Source: the human T2T-CHM13v2.0 reference genome, Homo sapiens
Strand: one strand, 5' to 3'
Assembly: GCF_009914755.1 (NCBI RefSeq)
Contig: NC_060938.1
DNA: 64,000 bases
Translations under genes and position numbers: made by a program
The notes under the pieces: model-generated
What the model saw: only the letters and a program-made list of their open reading frames with translations
Database searches by the model: none
What the model was told of the DNA's origin: nothing
Shown here: positions 27,749 to 43,100 of the stretch, piece after piece
Layout: every line of letters begins with the position of its first letter
Numbering within the stretch: the stretch's first letter is position 1

Positions 27749-30378
27749 TACTGCTTTTATCTGTGATCTCAAGATTGAATACTCACAGTAGTTTATGTAT
27801 GCATTCTGCTTTCATAATTTGCAGAATGCTCTCATATACATTATCTCTTGATTTTCACTGCAGTCTTGTCTAATAAATGATGTAGGTAGCATGATCCCCA
27901 TTTTACAGATGAGACACTCAGGCCCAGAAATTTTGCTTCATATCTTCTGATTCAGTCTACTTGTTCTCCCAACAATGCTTCTTCATCCAATTACAGCAAC
28001 AAATACATACTAGGTACCTGTTATTTGCCATATGTGCTGCTTTATTGTTACTTGTTCCGGGAAATAACAAGTGGAGCTTCTCATTCAAGGATAAACTGAT
28101 ATTGCCAGGCCTTGCTCAGTCTGACATAAGTCTCATGCCATTATTTACTAAAATAGCTAGCTACTCTCACCCAGTCCGGTTCCTGGTACATAAAGGAACT
28201 CAATAAATATTTATTGGATGATTGAGTGAATGAATAAATCTAAAATAAATTATATCATTAATTAAAATTTATATATTGGAGATAATTTTTGCTAATAGAT
28301 TTTTGCCAACATTTTTTCAGATTCCAAGTCAATAGGATTTACTCAGAGACTGCCAAGTGCTTTAAGGGGAAAACAGAGGGACTGCTGGGAGAAGGGGGTG
28401 CACTGGTAGACAAGTAGAGGAAATCCCCTTTCTGGCTTCATCCATCTTCCTGTCTATGATCGGTGTCCTAGGCCTTAGAGTGGACATGGAGAATGGTATC
28501 ACTTTGTCTGCCTGCAGTTAACCAAAATACTTACTCCCACCATAGGGAGAAGAGAGGAATGACAGAGGTATGTGAAGATTAAGTAGAAAGACCGACAAAT
28601 GTAATCACATTGGAAGGTAGAATGGAGGGTAGAAAAGTTGGTGGGAAGACAATTTCTGTGGTCAGGATACATCTGAATGGAAAGGGGAGAGAGATTTTGT
28701 CCATTCCTCCCATAGTATGGTTTGGCTACTTTCCCTCTACTTCCCAAGAGAATTATTAGTGACCAGGGACATCACATTTTAATCAAGGCAACTGTTGCTG
28801 GGCTGGTAAGCAAGGCTCCCATGGGTGTGGTGAAGTTAGCAGGGTGAAGAGTGAGGCTGCTAGTCACAAAGGGATCCACTCACCCTCTTCCGCTGTTGGC
28901 GGCTGCTGTGGTATCTATAAACATAGAGTGTGTACTCACATACTCATAAATGCTAGTTATTGTCATACGATTGCATTGTGTATAAAAGTAGATTGCCTGG
29001 AAAAAATGATTCCACTTCATTTTTATATACACATTGTTCCTGGAACCACTTCCTGAAATCCCAGGCTTTTATTTTGCTGTCATTCTCTTAAATTGCCTCT
29101 TTCTCAAAGCATCCGGGTTCTGGAGATGTTCTCGTGCTTAAAGTGTGTTTCTAAGTAGCTTCTGGGAACCACGTAAAATTGTCTGGCTCCACTTGACCAA
29201 TGAGGAGCTTACTTTTCCTCCCAATTATTCCTCTCTGACAGAGGCCGTTGGTCATCTTGAAAAGCTAAGAATGTTAGATGGGACCAAAGTAAAATTGCAA
29301 AGCCTATTCACCCAGCCAAACTGAAACACACCTGATTAACTGACCACACACATGGTCTCAGAATGACATCTCACTTGGGGAGTAAAAGCCAACAGTTGTG
29401 GTTAGTGCCCCAGCAGGCCCCAGATGGTTAGAGTTAATATACACCTATGTTTTCTGCCAGGTAGTTTTCATCAGTTTCCTCAGGATGTCAGTGTGTGTGT
29501 ATAATTAAGAGTATTTAATCATATTATAATTCCCCACAGAGAGATGGAGTGGGGGATGAAGGATCGCTGGCTTTTACAGTCTCAGCAAGAGTCATCAGTG
29601 GAAAAAAATAAAAACAGAAAAATGCCAAGTCTCTGGGCTGTGCCTGTGCCATAACTCACTCAGAAGTCTGGCTGGCACCACTACCTCAGTGTCATTTCAG
29701 TGAAGATGTAATCCCAAATCTTTTGTTGCAATCTTAGGGTTCTCACTATTTTAACATTAGCTTAGAACATGTGGATTGCAAAGGAAAACTGTGTTCTAAT
29801 TCCCTGTTCATCAAGGCTGTGATTTGTGTACACCCACATAAGGCAACCTTCAGTTTATAAGACTGATGACTTCAGTCTTGTAAAAATAAATGAGATGGGC
29901 ACTTCAAATATTTTAAGTTAGATCAATCAGTAGGGTGAGCACAGTTTAATTGGCATCTATTGATACATTTCTAAATTAAAAGAGCAGAATATAGAGCCAT
30001 GAATCTTAGCCATGAAATCATGTTCACATTTATTACAAATCCATAATTCTTTCCTATTTCCCCATATATCCTGTTTTCTTTGTCCTGTCAATTGTCAAAT
30101 TTAGCTGCTGGAAATGATCTCTTATTTTGGATTAGGAAACCAAGTCCTAATGACCGTAAGTGACTTTTCAGAGTCACACAGCTAGTTAGCTAGTTAGAAT
30201 CTGACTCACCAGAATTCCAGTCTTTCTACTTTGCCAGATAGTCTTTACTGGGAAATACTTTTTTACCTATTTCTTACAAGAATTTACTTATGTGAGCTTC
30301 ACTTAAAGCAATATTGGTCTATTTCCTAGTTCCCTTAAACTGATCATGGTGCATTTCTGTTAAAAAAGCCATAGAGTT

Positions 30379-30681
<303 letters not shown>

Positions 30682-31119
30682 AAAAAGCCATAGAGTTTCT
30701 TTATAATTAGGTTCTAACACTACTTCTTCCTATTAGTCAATAACAGTGCCACAATAAGTGGATTGGGTTAAAATGAAAATCACCAATTGAGTCTCTACCC
30801 AAAACCCCTTCCAGTTGCTCTTATTTAGGAGGAAACAGCTTCTGCTCAGTTTCTGTCCACTCACAAGACCTCTCCTGCATGGAACCCTGTCCACAGTTTC
30901 TATCACTCCATCTGTGCTTACTTCAGATTATCTCTGAAACAATCAGATGTAATGGCCAGTGGATGCAAAATACATATAAAGTAAGATTTGGGATTAGGAG
31001 GCTCAAGGGGGATGGATATGTAGAGAAAAGACCTAGGAAGAACAAGAACAGGGACTGGCAGAAAACACATTCTGAGACAAAGGCCATTTATTTAGCTCTG
31101 GCCAGTTGGTTTATCTAGC

Positions 31120-31354
31120 CTGACATTTCTCAACCTGGGCGCTATTGGCGTTTTGTGCCAAATTATTCTTGATTGTAGAGAGCTATCCTGTGCATTATGG
31201 TATGTTTAGTAGCATTTCTGCCTCTTCCCACTGGGTAGATGCCAATGGCATCCCTTCATTTGTGACAACCAAAAATGTCTCCAGACATTAGCAAATACCC
31301 TGGGGAGTGGGAAAGGGAGAGAGAGGAAGAATTGTCTCCGGATGAGAATCACTG
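31120..31354 (-). mobile_element. MER20 (hAT-Charlie)
   Basis: tttctcaacct...gtagatgcca...tgtgacaaccaaaaatgtctccagacatt...gagaatcactg. Confidence 0.85.
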
Positions 31355-32263
31355 ATCTCACTCAAGGTTTTATCTTTGACATCAGCGCCATAAGATATTT
31401 TGTGAGAGGACAGAGTGGCCTTTCTAATTCTTAAAAGTTAGGGTTCTACTCCAGACATTCCTTATCTACTGCAAATACAAATTATTTATTTGTTCATTCA
31501 TTCAAATAACAGTTATTACAGATGACACTATGTCAGGCTCTCTGCTAAGTCTAGGTGAAAAGACAGAACCTCCCCACAAAGACTTAGAACTTAATACTCT
31601 TAAAAATCCTAGTCATTGGAGTTGATTTGCTCACCAATGCTAACAAAGTTAAGACTTTGAGGTTGTATTCCCTTATCTGGCTTTAACTCAGACCAACCAT
31701 TTCACTGATTGGACCAGCACAATGTATCCTGGCTACTCTAAAAGTCACTTAAAAAAACATATCCTACTGGTGGTATGTTGATAGTTTCCTGGGATATGAA
31801 GGTGGGCATGGTTAAAGCTGAAAGGACTCTTAGCGACAAGTGAAAAAAACCTCTTTGGTAAATCACTAGCATAGTATTACATGGCTTTTTTTTGGCCTGG
31901 GTGCAGCCCCCTTTAGACTCAAACCACTGTTCTTCCTGATAACACATGGCCTTATTTATGTTCATTGTATTTATTTAGCTTATTTTGATTCCTCTTTCTA
32001 CATAAGAAACCACAACTGGAAAAATCAATTAATTTTTAATTTGCTCATAAATTTCTACCCATTAGAAGGAACCAAGGACTCTTGTAATTTGGCACAAATT
32101 TCCTTTCAGTATTTTTAATCTCTTTGGATATGTGTGAGTTGAATTCTCTTTAAACAACATGAAAATATATAAGCTATTTATATAACTTTTAAAAGTATCA
32201 AAGAGAAGACTCTAACATCCCTCACTGAAGCTTTTCCAGAATTTACCATGTGTACCAGTGTAC

Positions 32264-32445
32264 CAGTTGTTCTCAACCCAGGGTACTTTGCCCCCAGAGG
32301 ACTTTTGACAATGTCACAGATGTGGAGGGATGCTACTGGTGTCTACCCAGGGACAATGCTAAGCATCCTACAATAAACAGGATGGTCCCTCCAACCAAGA
32401 CTTATCCAGCCCAAAGTGACAGGGTGCTGAGGTTGAGAAGCCATG
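32264..32445 (+). mobile_element. MER20 (hAT-Charlie), internally deleted
   Basis: cagttgttctcaacc...tttgccccc...tgctactgg...catcctacaat...gctgaggttgagaagcc. Confidence 0.8.
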
Positions 32446-35400
32446 TGGTATATAACACAGATGTACACACTGGAGGAAACGTCACTGAAGTAGATGCTGG
32501 TCACTTACCAGTTTCACTCCTTCAGGATATCCTCTTCTTTAAACGAGGAGGTTGTGACTAGTTACTTCCCATGAAAAGCAGCTGACCCTTAGGGTTGAAA
32601 AGTATGTTTATTCCCAATAGCAGTGAATGAAAAAAAAAAAACACAATGAATTTCTACTTGCAAGAATGCCATCTGTGGTTTTCTCCAAGTGTTGCTCTCA
32701 GCCCTCAGTGTTCAGGGTCTTCTTCACCTGTGCATTCTGCTGCCCTGCGTTATCAGAGTTAGAATCAGGGTGGAATACAAATATTTCCCCAGGCATCATT
32801 TGGTCCACAGCTGATGCTGCCAGCTAGTAAGCTGTGGAGTCTTACACCTGATCAACACTGGTTATTTTCTCCTTTTGATTACAGCCTGTTTTACTGTACT
32901 ACTATGTGTCAATCCCAAGGACCTATTCTAGAGAGACAGAGTGAGCAGGTTGCCCCTGAGAGGGTCACTGGGTAGGGAAGCTTGGGAGTGTGGGTGCAAG
33001 TGGGAGTACACTTTCCACTCACAGGCTTCTTTGTCAAGATACATGTTCTATTTGTTCTGCTGAGTAATTCAGTAACCACTGAAGTTTCTTCTCAAGTCAG
33101 CTTTTCACTTTGTCAAAGCAAAATCCATTTGCATCAATGAAGTTTATTTTAATTTTTTTCTTATGATCTCAGAATGAAATAACAAAGAATGAGGGAAAAA
33201 GTAAACATTTTAACAAAGTGCATAAATCAGGGATTTTTTTTAACCTTATTTTCTTCCGGAAAATCTTGTTGTTTACGTGGTTGGAACTTTATTATTACAC
33301 AGATTATTATAAAAATGAACCAACACTCAAAAGTACAAGGCAGGATTTCCCACAATGGCTATGTCCTGGCTGGCCTTGTTGCTAGCTGGCACAGTAATAT
33401 GCCACCTGGAAGCAATGACCATTGGAAAAGAAGCCAGGAAAAAACCTTATGAGAGGCACAGGGCAGTAGATAATTTGTGAAGCGGTCGTTTGCCTCCCAG
33501 AGTGGCAAGGCTGGCATGTCTGGCCTAAGTGTACACTCACGTCATTTATCACATCCTCTGGTAGCAGCGCCTCTCTCCACTGCCTGTGAAGGAAACTGTT
33601 GCACAATCCTGAAGATCTGACTGAAGGAAAGTTGTCTTGGGATCAGAATTAAGGTTCCTTTTTCTTGTTTTCATTTCCGAGTTGCAAGTTATGCCCCTTT
33701 TTAGCGTTCCCATACCCAGCTGTCTACATTTTAAGCAATCGTTATATGGAATTATATCTTAAATGTAAAATAACAAGAATTCATTTAAAATAACTGCTTT
33801 CCCTCCAGAACCAGAGGTATCTCACCAAAGCTGTCACCTCCCCACCAGTATACTCCAATTGTGGGTGACAGTTGTGTTTAGAAAGTGGTGTTATAGCTCC
33901 TTTTATGTAGGATGATTACTCTGTGGCCATGACCTTCTGGGATGAACGGAAAGGGCTGGACAGAGTTACACAGCACGACGACAGAGGAGAAGCTTGTGGA
34001 AGTGCATTGCAAACAGAGATGGGCGAGTTAAGTTACTCAATTGCCATCTGCCTCTGTTTTGCTAACTCATTAGTTCGGACACCACATTGTGTTAATCCCC
34101 ACTTCCCTGGCTCTGAGCTTGGTCCAGGTCTCGGGGGAACAGTGAGACTGCTCAGCTCGACCCTCCTGTCAGCTGGGCCTCAGCTTCTCTGCATCGACAG
34201 CATGCCAGGCCTGCCACCCTCGCTGCCACATCACATCAAGGTGAAGTTTTCTCCCCAGCCCCTGGCAACAGAAATTGAAGCCTTTGGACTTCGCTCATTC
34301 TTCCAAAAGACTTTTCTAGGCAGTGGGATAGATTTTCGCCTTACACCCCCTAGCACTCTCTTCCCTTCCAGCACTCCTTCAAGGCAACTGCAATTTCAGG
34401 CTGACCATCTTGGAAGTTTGATGGCACTGAGTACCACCAGCCAAATGCTCTCACATTTTCTGTGCCTCTCAGAAGAAGAGCCCATATGGCAGCTAAGAAC
34501 CAATGAGTGAGGCCTAATTTGTCCCCCAAGACTATACGAGAAGGGCAGTCTTACTTCTGGACCTAATCTAGCATTACGAGCATCCAGTGATGACCCTTAC
34601 GGTACTTTCTGAGAGTAGTTGCTCATAATCATCATTGTCTCTGCTGGTGAGCTGACTGGGATACGCAAATTGTTCCTATCAATTTATTTTGACCTCTCTG
34701 GACTTCAGTATTCTATGTGTGAAAGGGTATTTTCTGAGAATGATTAGATAATTTGTGATGTCTTTTTCAGCTTTAAGTATGAAAATGATATGCTAATTTT
34801 ATATGTTGTCAGACACTACTCTAGGCATTTAACATATGCAATCCCATTTATTGGTACCCAGGAAGTAGACACTATTACATCTCTGATTTGCAGATGAAAA
34901 ACTCAGGCACTGAGAGATTGTTTGTTCAAAGGCAAAGGTAATAAGTGACAGCCCAGAGATTGGCTCCCGAGTCTGTGCTCTTAGCCACTTGTGGTCACTT
35001 AAGATAGTCCCTTAATCACTTCATTGCTCTATTTCCCGTCTTCTTTCCAAAGTCTGTGGGTTCTCAAATGTGATCTCATCAACATTTAGGGCAGTATCCT
35101 TTGGAGGTTATTGTTGCCCCCTTTTTTACAAATGGGCACTTTGAGATAAAAGCAGGCCACATACAAGCTATTGGCAGAACCCAGGAGTCCAGCTTTTGTG
35201 CTGTGGGTTCCATCTGCTATGTGTCTCTCCCAGTCATAATTAGGATGATCAAAAAATTCAGATATAACCTGCTTACCCCTCTCAACCAGGGCAAATCAGA
35301 AACAGCTCCATAGACAATTGGGTTAAGTTTCCAACTCAAATGTTGAATGATCTATGCAGAATATAAAGGCGTTTACAAGCCAATGACTGATACAGATGCA

Positions 35401-37039
35401 GCAATAACATACCTTTCCCCAGTCCTCTCTTTGCTGTAAGGCACCCACTGAATATCTTACACCTCTCTGGATAGCAGGAGTTACAGCAAATTCTGCATAT
35501 GCCCTCCCACATTTAGCACATGCAGGGCTCATCCAAGAATTTTAGCAGCAGGGGATGATAGAGTTTGTTCTCTGGTTCTTTCTGACTGTCTCTGCCCTGA
35601 TAGTGCCTAGTACCTGAGTGGCCCTTCCTCTGTCCTCTAATCCCACTGGATTGCACGTGCCTTTTAGCACTGGAGGTTCTGAAAGCCAAGCAAGAACTCC
35701 TCCTAATGGCATTCAGTACCTCTTTCTTCCCAGTCCCAGGAGGGGTTTCCCAGCAAGCAGAGGGAAGGTGATTGTTTCTACCTCTCATTTAGTCCTTCCT
35801 TTCCAACTTGATGGTATACCACCTGCAAAGCTATCCCAGAAACAGATGAAATTTAGGATGCCCGAAGACTGGTTTGTGACATAGAAAAATTGGAATTGAA
35901 ATGAAACTGCACATTCATTGATATCACCTCTCCTTTGTGAGTCTGGACCTAATAGAGTGGAATGAACAACAATACTGAAATACCAAACTTATTTATGCAT
36001 TTAAGTCACCAAGTGATTTGGGTTTTTGTATCAGGGATGGTTGTTGCTTTTCCCTCTGCAATGTTAAACTACTGACCCGTTTCCTCTCAAATTCCAGTTC
36101 CACGTTTAACTGAAGACACACAGAAATAAATGTGTGTTGGCAGAAAGACAAACCCTGAGATGAAGCAGGAGGTATGTTGGCTGATAGAAAGGCTGTTATT
36201 TTAATTTCTTTTACATTGCAGCAGTCTCAGATGGATAGTATCCAGGTAACTTGTAGCGCCTGCATCTTATTAAACTCCTGTTTGATTCAGAATTTACAGC
36301 TAAAATGCACCTGGAATACTTAAAGTAGGAACTAGACTTTGGTTCATTTGTTCTCAAAAGGGATGTACAAATCGATTGCACAACCTACAGCAAGTGGCAT
36401 AAAAACCTTCAGAATAAGATGATGGCACGTTTTTGTTAATAACTATATTTCTTGATTTATAAATTCAACAATGCTAATTTAGTGTTTACTGTTTGACAGA
36501 CATTGTGCCTCTATAGCAGGATGAACTCACAGGCATGTTTTCTGTACGTCTGTCTCTTTTTATTGCATGTGACAGAAACCATACTCAAAGTAGCTGAAGC
36601 AGAAAGTAAAGTTATCACAAGGATACTGGCATATCTATAGAAACTAAGGACTGGGATGCAGCTGACTCAAAGAAGAGATGGAACCAGTGTTAAATAACAT
36701 TAAGTTAGTTGGTCTCACACTCTTACACACACACTATCTCTTACACACACACTCTACCACTACAACCACTAAATAGCTGCACTGTCGCTACATAGCCACC
36801 ACCCACATGTAGCTACTGAGCACATGAAAGGTGCCTTAAGTGTAAAATATGCACTGAATTTCAAGGACAGTATGAGGGAAAAAAACATAAAATGTCTTAA
36901 TTTTCATATTGATTACACGTTGAAATGATAATGTTTTGGATATATTGTGCTAACTAAATATATTTGACATTTATTTTACCAATTTCTATTTTTTTCATGT
37001 GCCTACTGGAAAATTTTAACTTACATATGTGACTTGCAT

Positions 37040-37098
<59 letters not shown>
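37040..37098 (+). repeat. Compound microsatellite (TG)11(TA)12(T)13
   Basis: Read directly: TG 37040-37061, TA 37062-37085, T 37086-37098. Confidence 0.97.
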
Positions 37099-37386
<288 letters not shown>

Positions 37387-38102
37387 TGGACAGTGTTGTT
37401 CTTCTAGTTGGTTTTCCTAAACATCTACAGCAACATAAATCTTCCCATGCCTTAGTTAGCCTGATTTAGTTGAGAAACACTGAAGGGACAATCAGAGACA
37501 TATATCACCAATCAAGTATATATCATTCTATTTCATCCTTTTCTCTCTCCTTTACTGTCCCTCATAATTTCTACATGAGCCGAACACACACACTTCTTTT
37601 TGAAAGTGAATGTATATATTCACTCACTTCAAAAATACTTATTGAACCCCAATTCTATGCTAGGTCTTACATCAGGCGGTGAGGATACAAAGTCCCTGCC
37701 CTCACAGAGCTTCCTTTCTAGCAGCCTCAGCCACTTTTAGCTTGTTTTCATGAATGGAGCCCTGATGTGGGAAGTGCACCTCCCAGCGTGGCTGCATCTG
37801 GTCCAGGCTGAATGATTAACCCTTATAGTGAGTCTAAGTTGAATGAAAACTTGGATTTTCAGAGTCGCCATTAATACCATGTTGTCAAGGGAGATGGCAA
37901 ACGATGTTGTTATTCACAAGTCGGGAGCCTTCAATGATGTAAATTTGTATTTCTCTTCCCATTTTTATGGAGCCATATTTCAGAATTCAGAAATGGAACT
38001 ATGGAAATATGGCTCTCCCCGTCCCCAAAAAGAGTCCTTCTTCTAGACTTCTTGACAATATGTGTGAGGAAGCCTCTGGATTCAGTTGTTTTGTTTTTTT
38101 AA

Positions 38103-38440
38103 GTAACTTTTTAAATGAAGTATAATATGTAAACAAAAAAGTGTGTACATCGTAGTGTATAGCTCCATGAACTTTCTCACTGAGCACACATGTAACCAGC
38201 ACCCAGATTAAGAAACATAACATTAATAGCGCCCATGGAAGCTCCTCCTTCCTGTCATGACCCCATCCCACCCCTCCACCCTCATCCCAAAGGTAACTAA
38301 CTACTATCTGGACTTCTACAACCATGGATTAGTTTTGCCTGTTTTTGAACTTTATATAAATGGAGTCATATAGCAGGTTCTCTTTGGTACTATTTTCTTT
38401 TACTCAATGTTATGTTTATGAAGTTTATTCATGCTGTTTT
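38103..38440 (-). mobile_element. L1ME 3'-end fragment
   Basis: catgtaaccagcacccagattaagaaacataacatt...aaccatggattagttttgcctgtttttgaactttatataaatggagtcata. Confidence 0.75.
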
Positions 38441-40125
38441 ATTAACCCATAGAAAATATAGATAGCTCCCAAGAAGAAACATAAAAATTATAATCCTACT
38501 ACATTAATATGTCAGTGTTTGTCCTTCTAGCCACTTTTCTATGTATATACTTATGTTAACTTTTTTTCCAAAATTAGACCATAGTGTGCATACTACTTTG
38601 TGATTTGCTTTGTTGTTTGATATATCAGATCTACCAATGTGTTCTAAATGTTGGTCGTTGTAATGAGGCTATATTCTGAATTGACTAATAGGTAATACAG
38701 AAAAGTAGAAAATTATTTTTTAAGTACCCATAAGTATTTATATTAATCATTTTGTCCGATGTAGATTTGATCCGTCTCAGTCAGGCTTCCAAAAGACTTC
38801 CAAATAAAGGTAGCGAACAAATGGATCACTGATTGCTAGGGAAATCTGGTAATCAAGACCAAGTTGGGCCTCTTGTTTCTCAATGAATCTTCTAAATCAC
38901 TCTCTACTGTTTTAAACCTAGGTATTCTGCGAATATGTAACAGATTAGGAACTGAATAATTCTGAGAATGGCTTGTTAGAGTCTCTGTTCAACTCTTGGC
39001 TTACTCTATAATCTGAGACAAGTCTGTAAAATGTTCCTTATTTCTCAGACGAAGAGCCTCATCTCCACATCTGTTTGGGATCATAAGAAATAATACTTAC
39101 ATAACATTTTGGAATCCTTGAATGAAAAGTTTTTTGGAGTTGCTGACTGTTCCTAAAATTTCCTCAACTAACATTGTGGAAATCCATTGTTGTGGATATA
39201 GTTGCTGAGCTAGGTCATAACTAGATTGCAAATCTTGAGTAGTGGAAAAATCTACGCCTCGAAGTTCTGGTCATTTATTTTAAAAGCTATTCATTTATTC
39301 CTAGATGTTCATACTGTGAGCTTAGCCTGTTATCATTTTGGTTTACTTGCTAAATATTCACATTTGGGGTCTTCATCCTTACCCATTTAGGATTGTATCT
39401 ATTGGCATATGCCATTGGATTTGTCTGAGTGAGGTCACCTGGAACACTAGTGTTCTGACATTGAGTTTACACTGCAGGGATGAGAGAAGTAAATATTCCT
39501 ATTAGTCAGTAAGGTTTGAATTTATAGGCTGAGACTCCTCAGACACTGACTGTCTGGGACCCTTGGAGACAGACCAGCATTGAATGAAACTGAAAGGTAG
39601 AGAATATACTGTGGCTGGGAAAAGTGATGGAGCAAATCTATGCAGAGATACAATAGTAGGATATTTAAGAGTTGGAAGGGATATTAGAGGCCCTGTGGTC
39701 ATACTTCATTTTTCAGTTGGGGAAACTGAGGCTTAAGGAGGTCACAGAATGAGTTAGTCACAGAGCTGGGTTAGAAGCTTACTTTAGTGTTTCACCAACT
39801 ACTCAGATGTCTGCACTACTGAGATACATAGAGAAAGAGCGTCAGAGGAAGGATTAGGGTGTCCTCTAGACCTCATTACACTAATGCAGTCCCTGGTAGG
39901 ATCTAAAGACGTACTTGTCTCCAAGACACCTGACAAGCTGAGAGTATTGATTCATTCTTTCCCAACTTGGGATTGCAATGGTGAAAGGAATTTGGCATTT
40001 TATCTAATCAGCATTGGAAACTTGGCTTTCTTTTGGAGAATTCAAAAGTTCAGTTTAGGATATGTTCACAAGATACTTTCCTCCAGAATTAGGTGGGAGA
40101 TAAATTATTAAATTTATGAGACTTG

Positions 40126-40126
<1 letters not shown>

Positions 40127-40178
<52 letters not shown>

Positions 40179-40198
40179 TTTCCTTTCTTCTTTCTTTT
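40127..40198. repeat. (CTTT)n tetranucleotide microsatellite
   Basis: About 11-12 perfect CTTT units followed by degenerate CTT/CTTT. Confidence 0.95.
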
Positions 40199-43100
40199 CA
40201 TGTAGCATTTCTTTTTCACATTGTTTCTGATGACCCTTAACCCCTGCTTTTTAAATTCAGTTTCATTTGTGTTGTCACATATATATCAGTTGTTGAGTCT
40301 TTAGTATGCGGAGATGCTGAGCTTGCCCTTCCAAGATGTTGGAAGGTCAACTCACTTTATGGTCTAGGTCCAGGAAACAAGAATATTTCCAACTCGCTGG
40401 GGACCATCTTGGCCTTGAGCAGAAATGGGATCTGAATTATTACCTAAGAGACCTTTGTAGATTGTCACAGTTGGCAGCCTCAGGACTTGAGCTAATCCTG
40501 GAAATTCTTTAACTTCCCAGAAAGAAGGTTCCACAAGGGCAGGCTGAGGTCCTCAGAGAGAGCAGATGGAATAGAGCTTACAACCAGTTGCCTTTACAAC
40601 TGGACTTGGAGATAAATAATAACATTATACCCATTTTTTTTTTATCATGAAGCCTTTGACTTTCAGGGGATATCTATTCTTTATTCCTTTTACCCTGTAT
40701 GTGGAAAAAAAATGCTCTGTATGAAAGAAAAGCAAGCAAACTTGTTGACTCAGTTCCCATGGTGAATGCAAGGCAGACCAGGCCAATAGAAACAACTCAG
40801 ATATTACAAAAATGTGTTTCTTTCTGGCAGCTGCACAGTCAGTCCTTTATATCCAGTCACTGCAATCGCCCCATCACACAAAACCATTTCCAAGGTCATT
40901 ATTCTGGTTGCGGGGGCTGCTTCCCCTACAAATAAATGTTGGTTTTACTAAATGTCCTCTCTCTCCAACTCACTTTATGGCAAATGAGGAGTAGCAAAGC
41001 ATCATTTAGGAAGAGAAAGTGTAGAAAATCAGAGAGATGAAATACTACAGGTTTTCCAAAGGCTCAGGTTTATCTGGCTCAAGCAATACAAATTACAAAC
41101 TATGGCACCACCTGTATAATCTGGTTTTAATTAACTTGAGGAAGGTACATCAATGTTATTTCATTAAAATCAAATTCTGTTTAAATGGAAAACCACCACT
41201 ACAGGGTACATTGGGGCATTGTTCACTTGGGTTTTGGGGTTGGCAAGTAAATCCTGTATTTAGAAAAACCCAAGCAAACCCTGTTTTTTTGGAATCTTCT
41301 TATGCTTCGGAAGGCTTGTCATAGGTTCCTTGGAATGTAGGGGGTGCCCTGGTGAGGACCAAGGCACAGCTCAAGATGTTGTTTGCCAATTCTTCCTTTT
41401 ATGACCCTTCTAGTCTTCTGTCTTCCTGCTCCCTGCCTGTCTCCATATCTCTTTAGTGCTTGGCCTTGATGCCCTATAGGACTCTCTCTCCCATTTGCCA
41501 CTTTGAACTGAATGATTTGATCCCCACTGGGTGGACAGTGGATGACATAGGGCACTCTATAAACAAAGATGCTATTTCAGGCTTACAAGAGGAATGAGGC
41601 CCACGTGATCACAAGGGGCTGGTGAATAATAGAACCCTCTTTTGAAACTCTCACTTCACCAATTACCTAAGAGCTGGGAGGAACCTGAAAGATCCTATAA
41701 TCTACACACCTCCTTTTCCGAGGAGGACACTGAGATTCGGAGGTAAAGAAACTGGTCCATACTAGTGAAGGCTGTTTGAGTGGGGCCTCCCCATTTCGAC
41801 TCATGCCCTTTCCCCTCCAGCCTGGTGCCCCAGTTCTGCAGACCTGTTGATTACAACACAGCCCACGCCGAGAAAATCCTGCCCTGTCAGCAGAACAGCT
41901 TTACAAGCTGACATAGGACATGTGTGTGTTTGGAGTCAGGAGAATGGCTGAGTTTTAGTTCCAGTTCTGCCTCTGCTTTGCTGGCTTCAGCGAGTCACTT
42001 CTCCTTCCTTTGTCTATTTCCCCTATTGGGAAGGAGAAGATAATGAACCTTTCCACCTATCAGGCTCACTTGAGTGTTATAAAGAATAATGAGGTGATAT
42101 TTGTAAAGTGCTTTGAGCTGCTGGGAAAGAGGAGGGGGTGAGCTCCGTGGAAAACATTATTAGCTGGAAGCACTTATCAATTGAGCTATTTAACAATAGC
42201 AGAGAGTAAGGATACTCAGAAATGAATTCCAGGGACTAGCCCTGCTTTGAATTTAGGAGGAGGATTAGTGGGAACCTAATAGGTATTCCGCTTCTCCAGT
42301 TTCTTCAGTGCACCGTCAAACTAGGAAAGGTAATTACATTCTTCTATGTCGGATTCAGCCCGGAGTTTCAATTGGGATGTCAAAGTGTGCTTGTCCTCTA
42401 TTCTCATACTGAGGCTGTGTTATGGTGTGATTGTTAAAGCCTTGGGCATCTTCTATCCCCTGGGGTAATTTCGCTTAGGAGCTATACAAAGTAATTTCTA
42501 TGCAGTGGCTGGGCTGCTGTTTATAAGGTTGATTAGTAGAGCTTCTAAATCTAAAGCGCCTGGGGAGCAATTTGGTTGAAGCAGGGAAATAAAAGGCAAG
42601 GTCTTTATCATGGTTGATCTTTTTTTATTGAGCCGCTCCATGGGAATTTTCTCAGTGACTCAGATGCATCTACAGTGCAAAACGTGGGGCTTGGTGGCTC
42701 TTTGACATGGCAATGGAGGCCTAGCCCCAGGTAAAGGTGAACTTGCCAGGTCACTAAATATATTTAGGGCCCCCTTTTAACTTCCTTTACTCTCACAGAG
42801 GGTGATGTTTTTGGGGCCCTGAAATGTGTGGGAATGTTTCCAAAAGATTGTTCTGATGAGGGATCTGTTTCTGCAAACTCCTGCCCCACTGTTTGAAAGA
42901 CCGTCTGCCCCAAATTCAGGTCTTTCTCATTTTTAGGGCCAGGGAAGAAGACAGAGGAAGAGAAGAACTGGGGGAATTTTGTTTTGAACTTGTGCAGTCT
43001 CTGTGGGCTGACTGAACAGTGAGCCAGGCAGAAGGTGGCTCCCTCTTTAGTCGGCAGGAGCAGGGCTGAATTTTATCAACATCTTCTGCAGGTGTAGGGA

